64,000 nucleotides of DNA. Origin: Octopus sinensis. Its lineage: Eukaryota. Positions 53,475-64,000 of this stretch are shown piece after piece; the stretch's first letter is position 1, and the number at the start of each line of letters is the position of its first letter. Both the position numbers and the translations under genes were made by a program. The notes beneath the pieces are model-generated. The model saw only the letters and a program-made list of their open reading frames with translations. It did not search any database and was not told the origin of the DNA. Location of the stretch: assembly GCF_006345805.1 (NCBI RefSeq), contig NC_043006.1, forward strand, positions 67,332,001-67,396,000, written 5' to 3'.

Positions 53475-54215
53475 TAAAATGTTTTATAGCCCGAAGGCCG
53501 CGCCTGCTGGGGCACCACGCTGAATGAGCTAAACACGATTTGTGAATCCACCTCTGATACGTGCACTTGATCAACAAGGGAGTTCGATGCTAGCTGCCCG
53601 CATCCGTATCTCCTATCGTAGTGGTTCATCTGGGACTCCCAACAAGATAGATCCAGTTAGTATTAAAGAAACCCACATCCACACCATGTAATTCTCTCAG
53701 GATTTAGGGAGGATGTTAACGAGCTGTGGTCCTCTGAAACCCAAGCTTTTGCAGTATCTGGACCTGTATTTTGATTGTGATGTTGGAATCCTTCACCACG
53801 CAGCGGCGCCCAGTTCTGCGGTTGGAGTAACTTTGAATCAAAGTTTTGGAAAGAACCCTCCAGGATTTTCCAGATGTATATCACTGCATATCTCTCCCGC
53901 CTCCCTCCCAGGGAGAAGAGTTTTAATACCGTCAGTCTTTTCCCAGTCGCTGACATTTTTGCATTGAGACGATTTTCTTTTGTGCTTCTCTGAGTTGCTT
54001 CGATTTCTGCTGTTTGTTTTATCTTGTGTGGTGACCAAAGTTGGGAGCAGTATTCCACGCGGCTGAGGACAAATGTTTTCCATAGACCATCAGTGTCTCC
54101 TTCTCTCTTGTTCTGAAAGTTCGGAGAATCCATCCAGCTAGCCGTCTGCATTTATCACCAGATTAGCAATATGCATTTGGAAAGATGCATCATTGCTCAA
54201 TGTCAATGCCCAGTC
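53475..54215 (-). mobile_element. Second CR1-like LINE fragment (RT C-terminus and 3' UTR)
   Basis: AGWILRTFRTREGDT..LWKTFVLSRVEYCSQLWSPHKIKQTAEIEATQR...LKLFSLGGRRERYAVIYIWKILEG. Confidence 0.85.
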
Positions 54216-55306
54216 ACGCACTGATTTTGACTCAGGGATTGCAATTCTTCCGGGCCAGTGTATCCAGTCTCACGTCCCATTACCTTTGTGTGCCACGATC
54301 GCAGGCCCTGGAACTTACCTATATATATACTATCTATAAACTTATATATATATATATATATATATCATAAACATCTGTAATAATACATATAATAAACTAT
54401 ACATATAAATATAATATAAAATATTATGTATATATACTATATATATATATATACTATATATTATACACATACCTACTATATATATATTATATATATATAT
54501 ATATTACTATTATATATATAACAATATCTACACACATCGTCTATATATAATATTATATATATTAATGGGAAGGCCCGGCTGGAGTGAAACGAAACTGTAG
54601 CACCAATTACACGACTACTTCATTCAAAACCGAAACTTTTTCACACACCCCACCCCCACCATCATACCACCATCATTATCAACATCACCAAAGATCAGCA
54701 TTTCTTAACAGTCACTACACTACCGGCCACCACCATACTCAACATAATCACACCAACAAAACCTCCACTTACAAAACATTTACCCACCACTACTACAATT
54801 ACCAGTCCACTGCTACCACCTGACCGCACCCACCATCATAACCACTAATAATACAAAACCAGAGGCCATTATCCTTGGAGATTTAATTCTCGACAAATTA
54901 AATATATTTATTAATCAGCTATTAGTTCCATTTAAAAACTCTCAGCTGAAATCCACCCGGCAACAACCACCACCGCCACCACACAACAACAACAACAACA
55001 GCAACAACACCAGCAACAACAACAACAACAATAACGGCTACAACAGCAACAACAATTACCAGAACCACCACAACCAGTACTATTTTCCCATCAACCTCTT
55101 ACTAGCACAAAAACAAATTTTTCAATTATTTTCTATTGATAGAAATCAGTACGTATGTAATACCACTACTATTACTAACTACTCTACACTACATACTACT
55201 AGGGACTTTACTCTACTTCTTCTACTACTACTACTACTGCTACTACTACTACTGCAGTTGTTGCAGCAACTACTACTATTGCTAATACTAACAATGATAA
55301 TAATAA

Positions 55307-55530
55307 TTCTTTCTACCATAAGCACAAGGCAGTTTTGGAAGAGGGGAGAGTCGATTAGATAGACCCCAGTGCGTAACTGGTACTTTTTTCATCGACCCCA
55401 CCCCCATCTCATCCCCGAAAGGATGAAAGACAAAGTCGACATCGGTGGAGTTTAAACAAGAACATAAAGACGAACAAAATACCGTAAACTTTTCGCCCGG
55501 CTACTAAGTTTTCTGTCAGTCGCCTCCCTA
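55307..55530 (-). mobile_element. SINE family B inside AAT repeats
   Basis: Family B reverse complement; (AAT)n on both sides. Confidence 0.8.
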
Positions 55531-55619
55531 ATAATAATAATAAGAATGCAATGCTAATAATATAATAATAATACTAATAATATAATAATAATAATATAAT
55601 AATAATAATATAAATAATG

Positions 55620-56152
55620 ATGCAGTGCCAGGCAGTTCTCTGATTCTTTCTGATCTTAACTGATTGCAAGTGCTATCATGTGCATTGTTTTTGTCTTGGT
55701 ATAAAAGATGGGCTACAGCAAATATTCTGTTCAATACCACAGATTTGCTTGTCAGTTGTTTGACCGTAACCATTTGAGCATGTCCCTTAGTGACTGACGG
55801 TATGTGCATCTCTGATCACGAGCAGAAGAAGTGGGGGAGCATTATAGTCATGATTTGAGAGGAATTCTTTAGGGTTTGAATAATTCACCTCTGGAAACAT
55901 GGGTGGTTCGTTAAACAACCCTTATTCAGGGACCTTTTGAGCGGGATGGGTTACTCGACCAGAAGAGAATTCTAACTGGGTCCCACCTGCAAGGTCAAAT
56001 GCTGTTTATCTTGATATGAGATCACCATGTCGCCACACATGGTTATGATGCATGTGCCTGGTGTACCCTTATCAGACAGGTAGTCATGATGGGTATACTG
56101 GGCTTCGTATATTTTACCCCAGTGTCACTTTGATGGCATGCACTGCTCTCTC
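55620..56152 (+). mobile_element. Retroposon family D (~530 bp, (AAT)n tail), probable LINE 3' UTR or SINE
   Basis: Recurs at 56218-56375 (+) and 57765-58172 (-); ends GCACTGCTCTCTCACTC(AAT)n; preceded by (AAT)n. Confidence 0.75.
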
Positions 56153-56156
56153 ACTC

Positions 56157-56189
<33 letters not shown>

Positions 56190-56217
56190 GACAACGAGGA
56201 GGAGGAGAATAATGTGT

Positions 56218-56375
56218 TGTTTATCTTGATATGAGATCACTGTGTCGCATACATATGGCTGTGATGCATGTGCTTGGTGTACCCTTATCAGACGGGTAGT
56301 TATGATGGGTATACTGGGCTTCGTATATTTTAACCCGGTGTCACTTTGATGGCATGCACTGCTCTCACACTCAAT
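56218..56375 (+). mobile_element. Family D 3' fragment, tandem to the previous copy
   Basis: GTTTATCTTGATATGAGATCAC...CACTC(AAT)n. Confidence 0.8.
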
Positions 56376-56394
56376 AATAATAATAATGATAATA

Positions 56395-56608
56395 ATCTTT
56401 ACTTCTCTAGGCACAAGATCCGAAAATTTGGGGGAGAGGGCAGTCTATTAGATCAGTACCAGTACGCAACTGGTACTTAATTTATCGACCCCGAAAGCAT
56501 AAAAGGCAATATCGACCTCGGCGGAATTGAACTCAGAACGTAAAGACGGACGAAATATTACTAAGCATTTCGCCCGGCGTGCTAACGATTCTGCCAGCTT
56601 GCTGCCTT
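56395..56608 (-). mobile_element. SINE family B, full length, inside AAT repeats
   Basis: Family B reverse complement. Confidence 0.9.
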
Positions 56609-56815
56609 TATAATAATAATAATGACAATAGTGCTGCTGCTGCTACTACCACTACTACTACTGCTGCTGCTGATGCTGATGCTGCTGATGCTGATGCTGA
56701 TGCTGATGCTACTGATGTTGCTGCTACTGCGAAATAATATGCGAAGTGTGGTGGTGGTGGTGGTGGTCGAGGCGGTGATGGTGGTGATCGCGGTGGTGGT
56801 GTGGTGGTGGTGGTG

Positions 56816-57190
56816 TGGAGGCGCAATGGCCCAGTGGTTAGGGCAGCGGACTCGCAGTCATAAGATCACGGTTTCGATTCCCAGACCTGGCGTTGTGAGT
56901 GTTTATCGAGCGAAAGCACCTAAAGCTACAAGAGGTTCTGGTAGGGAGTGGTGACGAACCCTGCTGTACTCTTTCACCACAACTTTCTCTCACTCTTTTT
57001 TCCTGTTTTTGTTGTACCTGTATTTCAAAGGGCCAGCCTTGTCACTCTCTGTGTCAAGCTGAATCTCCCCGAGAACTACGTTAACGGTACACGTGTCTGT
57101 GGATTGCTCAGCAGCTTGCACGTTAATTTCACGAGCAGGCTGTTCCGTTGATTGGATCAACTGGAACCCCCTTCGTCGTAACCGACCGAG
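56816..57190 (+). mobile_element. SINE family C head joined to the body shared with 9290 and 28530; (TAG)n tail
   Basis: GGAGGCGCAATGGCCCAGTGGTTAGGGCAGCGGACTCGC... then GCCAGCCTTGTCAC...CGTCGTAACCGAC. Confidence 0.88.
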
Positions 57191-57193
57191 GGC

Positions 57194-57227
<34 letters not shown>

Positions 57228-57764
57228 TAGTAGTAGTAGTAGTAGTAGTGTAGTAGTAGTAGTTTTCTAGTTTAAGTAACCATGCTCTACAATTCACTTA
57301 ATATTCAATTATAATTTGAGTTACGCGGCTATAATTTCTGTGACAGCCAGCCCTCATATCTCAACTATCTTATCTATTGCACTTCACACATCTCCATTAA
57401 TATATATAGATATATATAGATATATATATATAATACTATATATATACATATACACATCAGTATCCGTTCGGTTTTATTACCTCCTAAATACTTATAAAGC
57501 GGCTATGTTCTAATGGTGATTTCAGTGTTGAAATCGGACATAAAGTTTTCATTTTTCATTCATTTCTCTCCTTAGAGTAGTTTTAGTACGATTAAATATT
57601 CATGCTAATTTTTACATAGCAGCTGAATCCTTGTGGAAATATTGCCAAGTTCTGTCGCTGTGTATAGTCTGTTGAATAGAATATAATTTGTAAATCAATA
57701 TTATTATTATTATAATTATTTAATTATTATTATTATTATTATTATTATTATTTATTATTATTAT

Positions 57765-58172
57765 TGAGTGAGAGAGCAGTGATGCCTTCAAAGTGACAAC
57801 TGGGGTTAAATATACGAAGCCCAGTATACCCATCATGACTACCTGTCTGATAAGGGTACACTAGCACTGCATCACGATAATATGTGCACGACATGGTGAT
57901 CTCATATCAAGATAAACAGTTACTTGACCTTGCAGGTGGGGCCCAGTTAGAATTTTTCTTCAGGTCGAGCAACCCTCCCGCTAAAAGGTCCCTGAATAAG
58001 GGTTGTTTAAGATGTTGAACGAAACACCATGTTTTCAAAGTTGAATTATCCAAACCCTAAAGAATTCCTCTCAACACAGTGCTATGATGCCTCCCCCCCC
58101 CCCTACTTCTGCTTGTGATCAGAGATGCACATATCGTCAGCCACTAAGATACATGCTCAACTGGTTAAGGTT
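57765..58172 (-). mobile_element. Family D copy, inverted relative to 55620
   Basis: Reverse complement of ~55760-56152; (TTA)n on both sides. Confidence 0.85.
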
Positions 58173-58183
58173 CATGTATATTA

Positions 58184-58223
<40 letters not shown>

Positions 58224-58244
58224 TTATTATTATTATTATTATTA

Positions 58245-60290
58245 CTGTTTTTGTTGATGTTTATGATAATACTTCGTTTTATTACTCGCTGCAAATAACA
58301 GCAAGCTGGAACTTTTATTGTCATATCATTTATGGTTAGCAATAATATATTTGCCGAGTAAGTAGAACAAACACTGAGAATTAAGATTTCGTTAAAAGTT
58401 AGTTGTAATATTTGAGATTTTTAAAAGAGTTTGAAGGGAGTGAAATATTTTCATATTGATATTGTTTTTCTTGGGATGTAGGCAGTGTCCGTGGGAATAG
58501 TTTTTCATAGTTCTGATACTTTTGGACTTCCTGGTATTTGACCATAGTGCTTAAGAGTGCCGTTTGGTATTATCCCCAAAACTCCGACAATTAGGGATAC
58601 AGTTGTCGTTTTTAGTTGCCTCATTTTTGCGAACTCTGTTTCAAGGCCCTTGTTTTTACTTAACTTTGTGAAAGGTTTCACAAATGTATTGCAATCTCCG
58701 GAGATTGACACATTCATGTGCATACATGTTGTTTTACTACAGTATCTGATCTACTGACCTAAATAGTTCGATCAGTTTGAAAACTAAAGTCCCAAACAAC
58801 AGTGATATCTTTATTTCCCACTACTTTGGCAGGATTAAGCTCTCCCACTAGTTCTCATAGGAGTGCCCAAGCCTAAATATTTCTAATTTCTGTTAGGATG
58901 TAATTCCTTAATTATAGTTGTTGTCTAACTGAAAGTTGTATGTTTTCAAGAGTTTTTTTTTCTCCTTGAGGAATGTCGCTTTTGCACACTTATCAAAGCC
59001 GAAGTCCAATACAATATCATCACTAAATGCTTTTACTATGGTTAAAAGTCGTTCCCGTTGTAGATCTCCTTCCTTGTAATGTTTCAGATCATCCATATAA
59101 AGGATTGCTTTGTCTGTCATATACTCCATACCTATGTCTTATGCCATTTAACAGCTTACTTAGGAGGAGAGCAATGCAAAAGAGAAGAGAAAATGCCACA
59201 GTTTATATCAATGCCACTATCGTTCACAGTATCAGTCGCTGAATTCTATATAAGAGTTAAGAGTTATTTTCCACTGTTTCTTACAATCTGACAGAAAACT
59301 ATCAATAACCGAGGAGAGATTATATGTCATTTCTAAACATATCTCAATCCACATATGGGGAAATCTGTCGAAGAACATTTTTGTAATCAAATCCATCCAA
59401 TTGTTTGTAGAAATCCTCTGGAACAATTTATTGATTAAAATTTGGTTTTTAGACTCGTGCGAGCCACTCGGGAAATATCTTGTTTCCCATCAGGAAGCTC
59501 TGCATGTGTATTCACTAATGGTTGAGTGTTAGCATTTCAGATATGGTTGTATAGCATGTTAGTGGTCGATAGTTTTGGACATAGTTTCGTCTCGTTTATG
59601 TAGTAATTTACACCAGTTATCAACCAGTAGGGAATAGTAATACTTTATGCTTTTGTAGAGATGTGTCACTCTTATGAGCATTGAACCAGAAGTTAGAGAT
59701 TCTATCATTTCCCGTTGATTTCAATTTGCTAAATTTTCTCAGTACAGTCTTTCCATATTTGCTCTTTAATATATTCATTATATATTTAATATATTCATTA
59801 TTGATGAACCCAAAGAGTATCACAAATGTTTGTTTGAGGTTTGATGAAATCGATTTCTGAAACTTTTAGGCTTCCTCCTTGATATGTATGATTCAAACAG
59901 TTATATTAGCTTTTGAGATTTTCCTTTACAAGCTTTAAGATTGTTTCGGAAAGTACAGTTATCTCTGGAAAAATTTGATCTTTTCTCGAGCCTTCTTATA
60001 CGTGTTGCTTTGGCTTGGATTATTTTGGTTGTTTTTTTTTTTGTTTTGTTTCTTATTTCGATTGCTTCATTGATTTCACTCATTTTTTTATGTCATGGTC
60101 AGGTCGCTCTTGGGCGCTACTCGTAACATATAACCCAGTACAACCTGTCGCACGGTCGGGTGGTCGGCAACCCCATCAAGCTTGCTTGGTGAGGAGGGTG
60201 ATTGTTGGACACCCTGCTGGACGAAAAATAAGACCCGTCAAAGGGCAGAAGAACTACTGTGTAGTCAACGGTCAATTCAACAAGTGATAC
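58245..60290 (-). mobile_element. R4/Dong-like LINE, multiply internally deleted, with 5' region, RT pieces, REL domain, 3' UTR and (AAT)n junction
   Basis: In order on minus: 5' leader; IQAKATRIRRLEKRS; STGNDRISNFW; NYRPLTC; WMDLITKMFFDRFPHMWIE; LYMDDLKHY..FSDDIVLDFGFDKCAK; VVWDFSFQTDRTI; KLSKNKGLETEFAKMRQLKTTTVSLIVGVLG; stop at 58451-58453. Confidence 0.88.
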
Positions 60291-60361
60291 CACCAAATAC
60301 TTTCTAACAGATATAGATGGTCACACATTCTGGGTGGGTGCTGCATTTGATTACTGTAAGC

Positions 60362-60856
60362 CAGAGGTTCTCAAACATTTTGGGCCACCGTCCCGCTCAT
60401 GGCCACATAAAACCCTCACCGCTGCTTATATATATATATAAATATTTTATATTTTAATAATTTATATATATTATGAACCATTTGATATTCAATATATTAT
60501 ATGTAAATCAGCGAGCTGGCGGAAACGTTAGCATACCGGGCGAAATGCTTATCCGTATTTCGTCTGTCTCTACGTTTTGAGTTCAAATTCCGCCAAATCG
60601 ACTTTACTTTTCATCCTTTCGGGGTCAATAAATTAAGTAGCAGTTGCCTACTGGGGTCTATCTGATCAACTGGCCGTCCCCCAAAACTTCACGCCTTTTA
60701 CCTAGAGTAGAAAAGAATATCATATAATTTGTAAACTATAATAATATTATAATAAATTCAACAGTGTCCCCTAGCGCCCAGCTGGAACGTCTCAACGCCC
60801 ACCGGTGCACAGTAGCGCCCACCGGGGCGCGGTGGCGCCCACTTTCAGAAATTATG
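60362..60856. mobile_element. hAT (Charlie-type) non-autonomous element with a nested SINE B
   Basis: TIRs CAGAGGTTCTCAAAC and CTTTCAGAAATTATG (10/15 match); 8-bp TSD-like CTGTAAGC/CTATAACC (6/8). Confidence 0.65.
60506..60716 (+). mobile_element. SINE family B, full length
   Basis: GCGAGCTGGCGGAAACGTTAGC...CCTAGAGTAGAAAAGA. Confidence 0.9.
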
Positions 60857-61399
60857 CTATAACCCAATACTTGACTGATACATTGATATATATAATGCCT
60901 AGAAAGACACAAAGTCTACTTGGCCTTGCCTGGATTTGAACTTAGAAACTTAACGACAACATATGTAAATTCATAAAGGCATTAGCTACATTACTCTACA
61001 GATATTGTCATTCACATCTCTTCATAATGGTGATAATAATGATTAAATCAATAAAATTTGTAATAATAATAATAACCATAATAAAAATTGCTGCTGTAGT
61101 AATTATTTTTCAATGTGTCTGCAACACAATTTTTTAAAGCATGCGAATGTGTATGTACATATCTGTATGAGACTATGCATGCGCGCATATAAAGCTTTGG
61201 CTATGTATAATACTTTGCGCATGTGTGGAACGATTGTAAACGGAAGTGTTCGGTTGTAGACACGAAGATTTTAATAAAATTATATTTTTTTTACAACATC
61301 TTTAATTTCATTATTTCGTAAATAAATATTGTTTTTCACGCCATAACTGCACGATAACTTGTTTCATTACAGCAATATATGAGTTCTATGGCACTATGT

Positions 61400-61437
61400 G
61401 TAAATACGTGTGTGTGCATATATATACTATATATATG

Positions 61438-61484
<47 letters not shown>

Positions 61485-61569
61485 CATATATGTATGTGTG
61501 TATGTATATATATATGTGTGTGTTTGTGTATGCATGTATATGTATATATATATGCATATACATATAATG

Positions 61570-61600
<31 letters not shown>

Positions 61601-61752
61601 TATGTGCGTGTGTGCGTATGTATATGTATATATACGTACAATTATATATATATGCATATATTTATATACATGTTTATATATCCACATATATATATAATGT
61701 GTGTTCGTGGATATATATACATGTATATTTATATATAGATATATATGCACAA

Positions 61753-61791
<39 letters not shown>

Positions 61792-62480
61792 ATATTCATG
61801 CATGTATGCACGCATATATGTGTGTGTGTACGTATGTATATATATATATTATGTAAACGTATATGCCAATATATATACATACCCATATATGTATACACAC
61901 ATATTCATACATACCTGCATACATTTATACATATATACATGCATATATGTACAATGTATATACAGATATACACATATATTCACGCTGGAGCATGCATATA
62001 TGTATAAATATATACCTGTGTGTGTACATATATGTATGCATATATATATATATATATATATATAAATATTTATATATATATATAACGCATACATACACAT
62101 ATGTGTGTATATATGTGTCTGTGTCTCTATATCCGTGTGTTTGTGTGTGTATGCATAAATATGCACATGGTGTCATGTGTTTAAATAAATTGAATAAAAT
62201 GTACATGCAACTATATGCAAATATATTTATAAATATATATATATATATATATAAACATACTTCTGTGGTTGTATATATATATGTGAGTGTGTGTGTGTAT
62301 GTATGTGTGTGTGTGTGTGTGTGAAGGTGTGTCTGCATATATATACACATATATACATATATTCATATCTATACATTTTTCAAAACATACACAAACACAC
62401 ACGCATATATATAATATATATATCTATATTATATAGTATATATATATATATATATATATATCTTATTTACATTATATATA
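61400..62480. repeat. Degenerate (TA)/(TG)/(CA) low-complexity tract
   Basis: Direct reading. Confidence 0.9.
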
Positions 62481-62964
62481 TTCACATTATTGCCTGCATA
62501 TACACAAGTGTGTCTAAGTGCGTGTTGTATGAAGAACCTTAGGAAACATACGATACAATATGCAATTTTCTGTAAAGCAAAATTTTTTTTTAAATATAAT
62601 AACTTTTCAAAAATTGAATATATATTACATAACATCGTTTCTGTTCTGAATGTCATCCTAACGTGGAAATAATTGACGAATAGCATCTACATACGAACAT
62701 CAACAGCTCTTTCATCGTGAGGACCGCTATGCTGCAGTTCTGTTCATTAGAAATAGAAGCTAAATTTGAATCAAATAATTGCATTTTCTGGGGAAAGCTC
62801 GGACGCGTCTTACGCCTGGGGCAAAGGTAAATTTATTCTTTTACTTCTTTCAACCTCTAGACGGCGGCCATGCTGGGGTAACACCTTGAAGATTTTCTTT
62901 TGCTTATTCTTCAAGCCTGGTAATTATTTTCTCTGACTCTATAAAATAGAGGGGATCTCAACGA

Positions 62965-63270
62965 CCATGGCAACCTGGGCAAGTATCTTCTACTATAGCC
63001 TCAGGCCGACCAAAGCCTTGTGAGTGGATTTAGTAGACGGAAATTGTAAGACGTACGTATATATATATATATGTATGGTCTGTGTTTGTCACCCCATCAC
63101 CGCTTGACAACCGATGTTGGTGTGTTTACGTTCCCGTAACTTAGCGGTTCGGTAAAAGAGATCGATAGAATAAGTACTAGGCTTACACAGTATAAGTCCT
63201 GGGAGCGATTTGTTCGACTAAAGGCGGTACTCCAGCATGGCCGCAGTCAAATAACTGAAGTAAATAAAAG
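62965..63270 (+). mobile_element. SINE family A, 5'-truncated
   Basis: GGGCAAGTATCTTCTACTATAGCCTCAGGCCGACC...CCAGCATGGCCGCAGTCAAATAACTGAAGTAAATAAAAG. Confidence 0.88.
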
Positions 63271-63715
63271 AATATACTTACATACAAACATACGTACAGA
63301 CTGACAGACAGGCACACAGATTGATGGACATAAAAAAGACAACCACCCGTCACTAGGGAGCCAATATGACTTCATGATATGTACTGTCGTTTTATTAATT
63401 TAAGGTATCTATGTAGTCCCCCGGTGCAACATAAAGTACCCTGCTCAAGGACATAATGCAATGATTCTCCAGAAAGTTGATTTAAGACATTATATTTATG
63501 AAACTAACATCCTAACCATTCTCATATATACGGACATACGGCGTATGCTATACAAGCTTGTTCGACCGTTGTGTTTTCAGACCTACGAAACTAATTGTAG
63601 CTTAAATTTAAATCCTATGTCTGTTGAATGATATAATTCCTCCACCTCTCACTGGATACAGTACATTGTTTTGTTGATCGGCGGCCATCAGGAATACCGC
63701 ACTATATACACACAC

Positions 63716-63782
<67 letters not shown>

Positions 63783-64000
63783 TATATATATATACATACG
63801 AGTAAGCACATAGATGCAAAAAACCGTATATTACATATATATATATATAATTAAGATTCAGTTGAATTAGATAGATAAATTGAGGCACCAAGCCAGTACG
63901 GTATAATCCGCGCAGCTCGAAGTTAGTTGAATAAAAACAAATAGGTAACAAGGATGCCCAGGTATCTATGTATTACGGTCGTTTCATGCAACATCATTTA

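Overview
An AT-rich, repeat-saturated animal genomic window, most likely cephalopod. The SINE families and microsatellite load resemble Octopus; this is my recognition, not a database result. I find no supportable host protein-coding exon. All long ORFs in the track are microsatellite translations or decayed transposon remnants. Contents: (1) dense (TA)n, (AAT)n, (GATA)n, (CAT)n and (CA)n arrays and a 100-N scaffold gap; (2) tRNA-headed SINEs of at least three families, here called A, B and C; (3) non-LTR remnants: two CR1-like, five R4/Dong-like (REL endonuclease) and three pieces of one Tx1/L1-like family; (4) DNA transposon remnants: mariner, Tigger/pogo, hAT, MITEs, and a non-autonomous Helitron whose empty site is preserved in a local duplicate; (5) seven short Penelope-type terminal elements from three families, each with a minimal type I hammerhead ribozyme motif, intact or decayed. 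Highlights: the hammerhead mini-elements, a Tx1 family sitting in (GATA)n arrays including a head-to-head pair, a 39-bp minisatellite born inside a SINE, SINE head/body module swapping, and an internally deleted R4-like element that keeps both ends. Boundaries were read by eye and may be off by a few to tens of bases.
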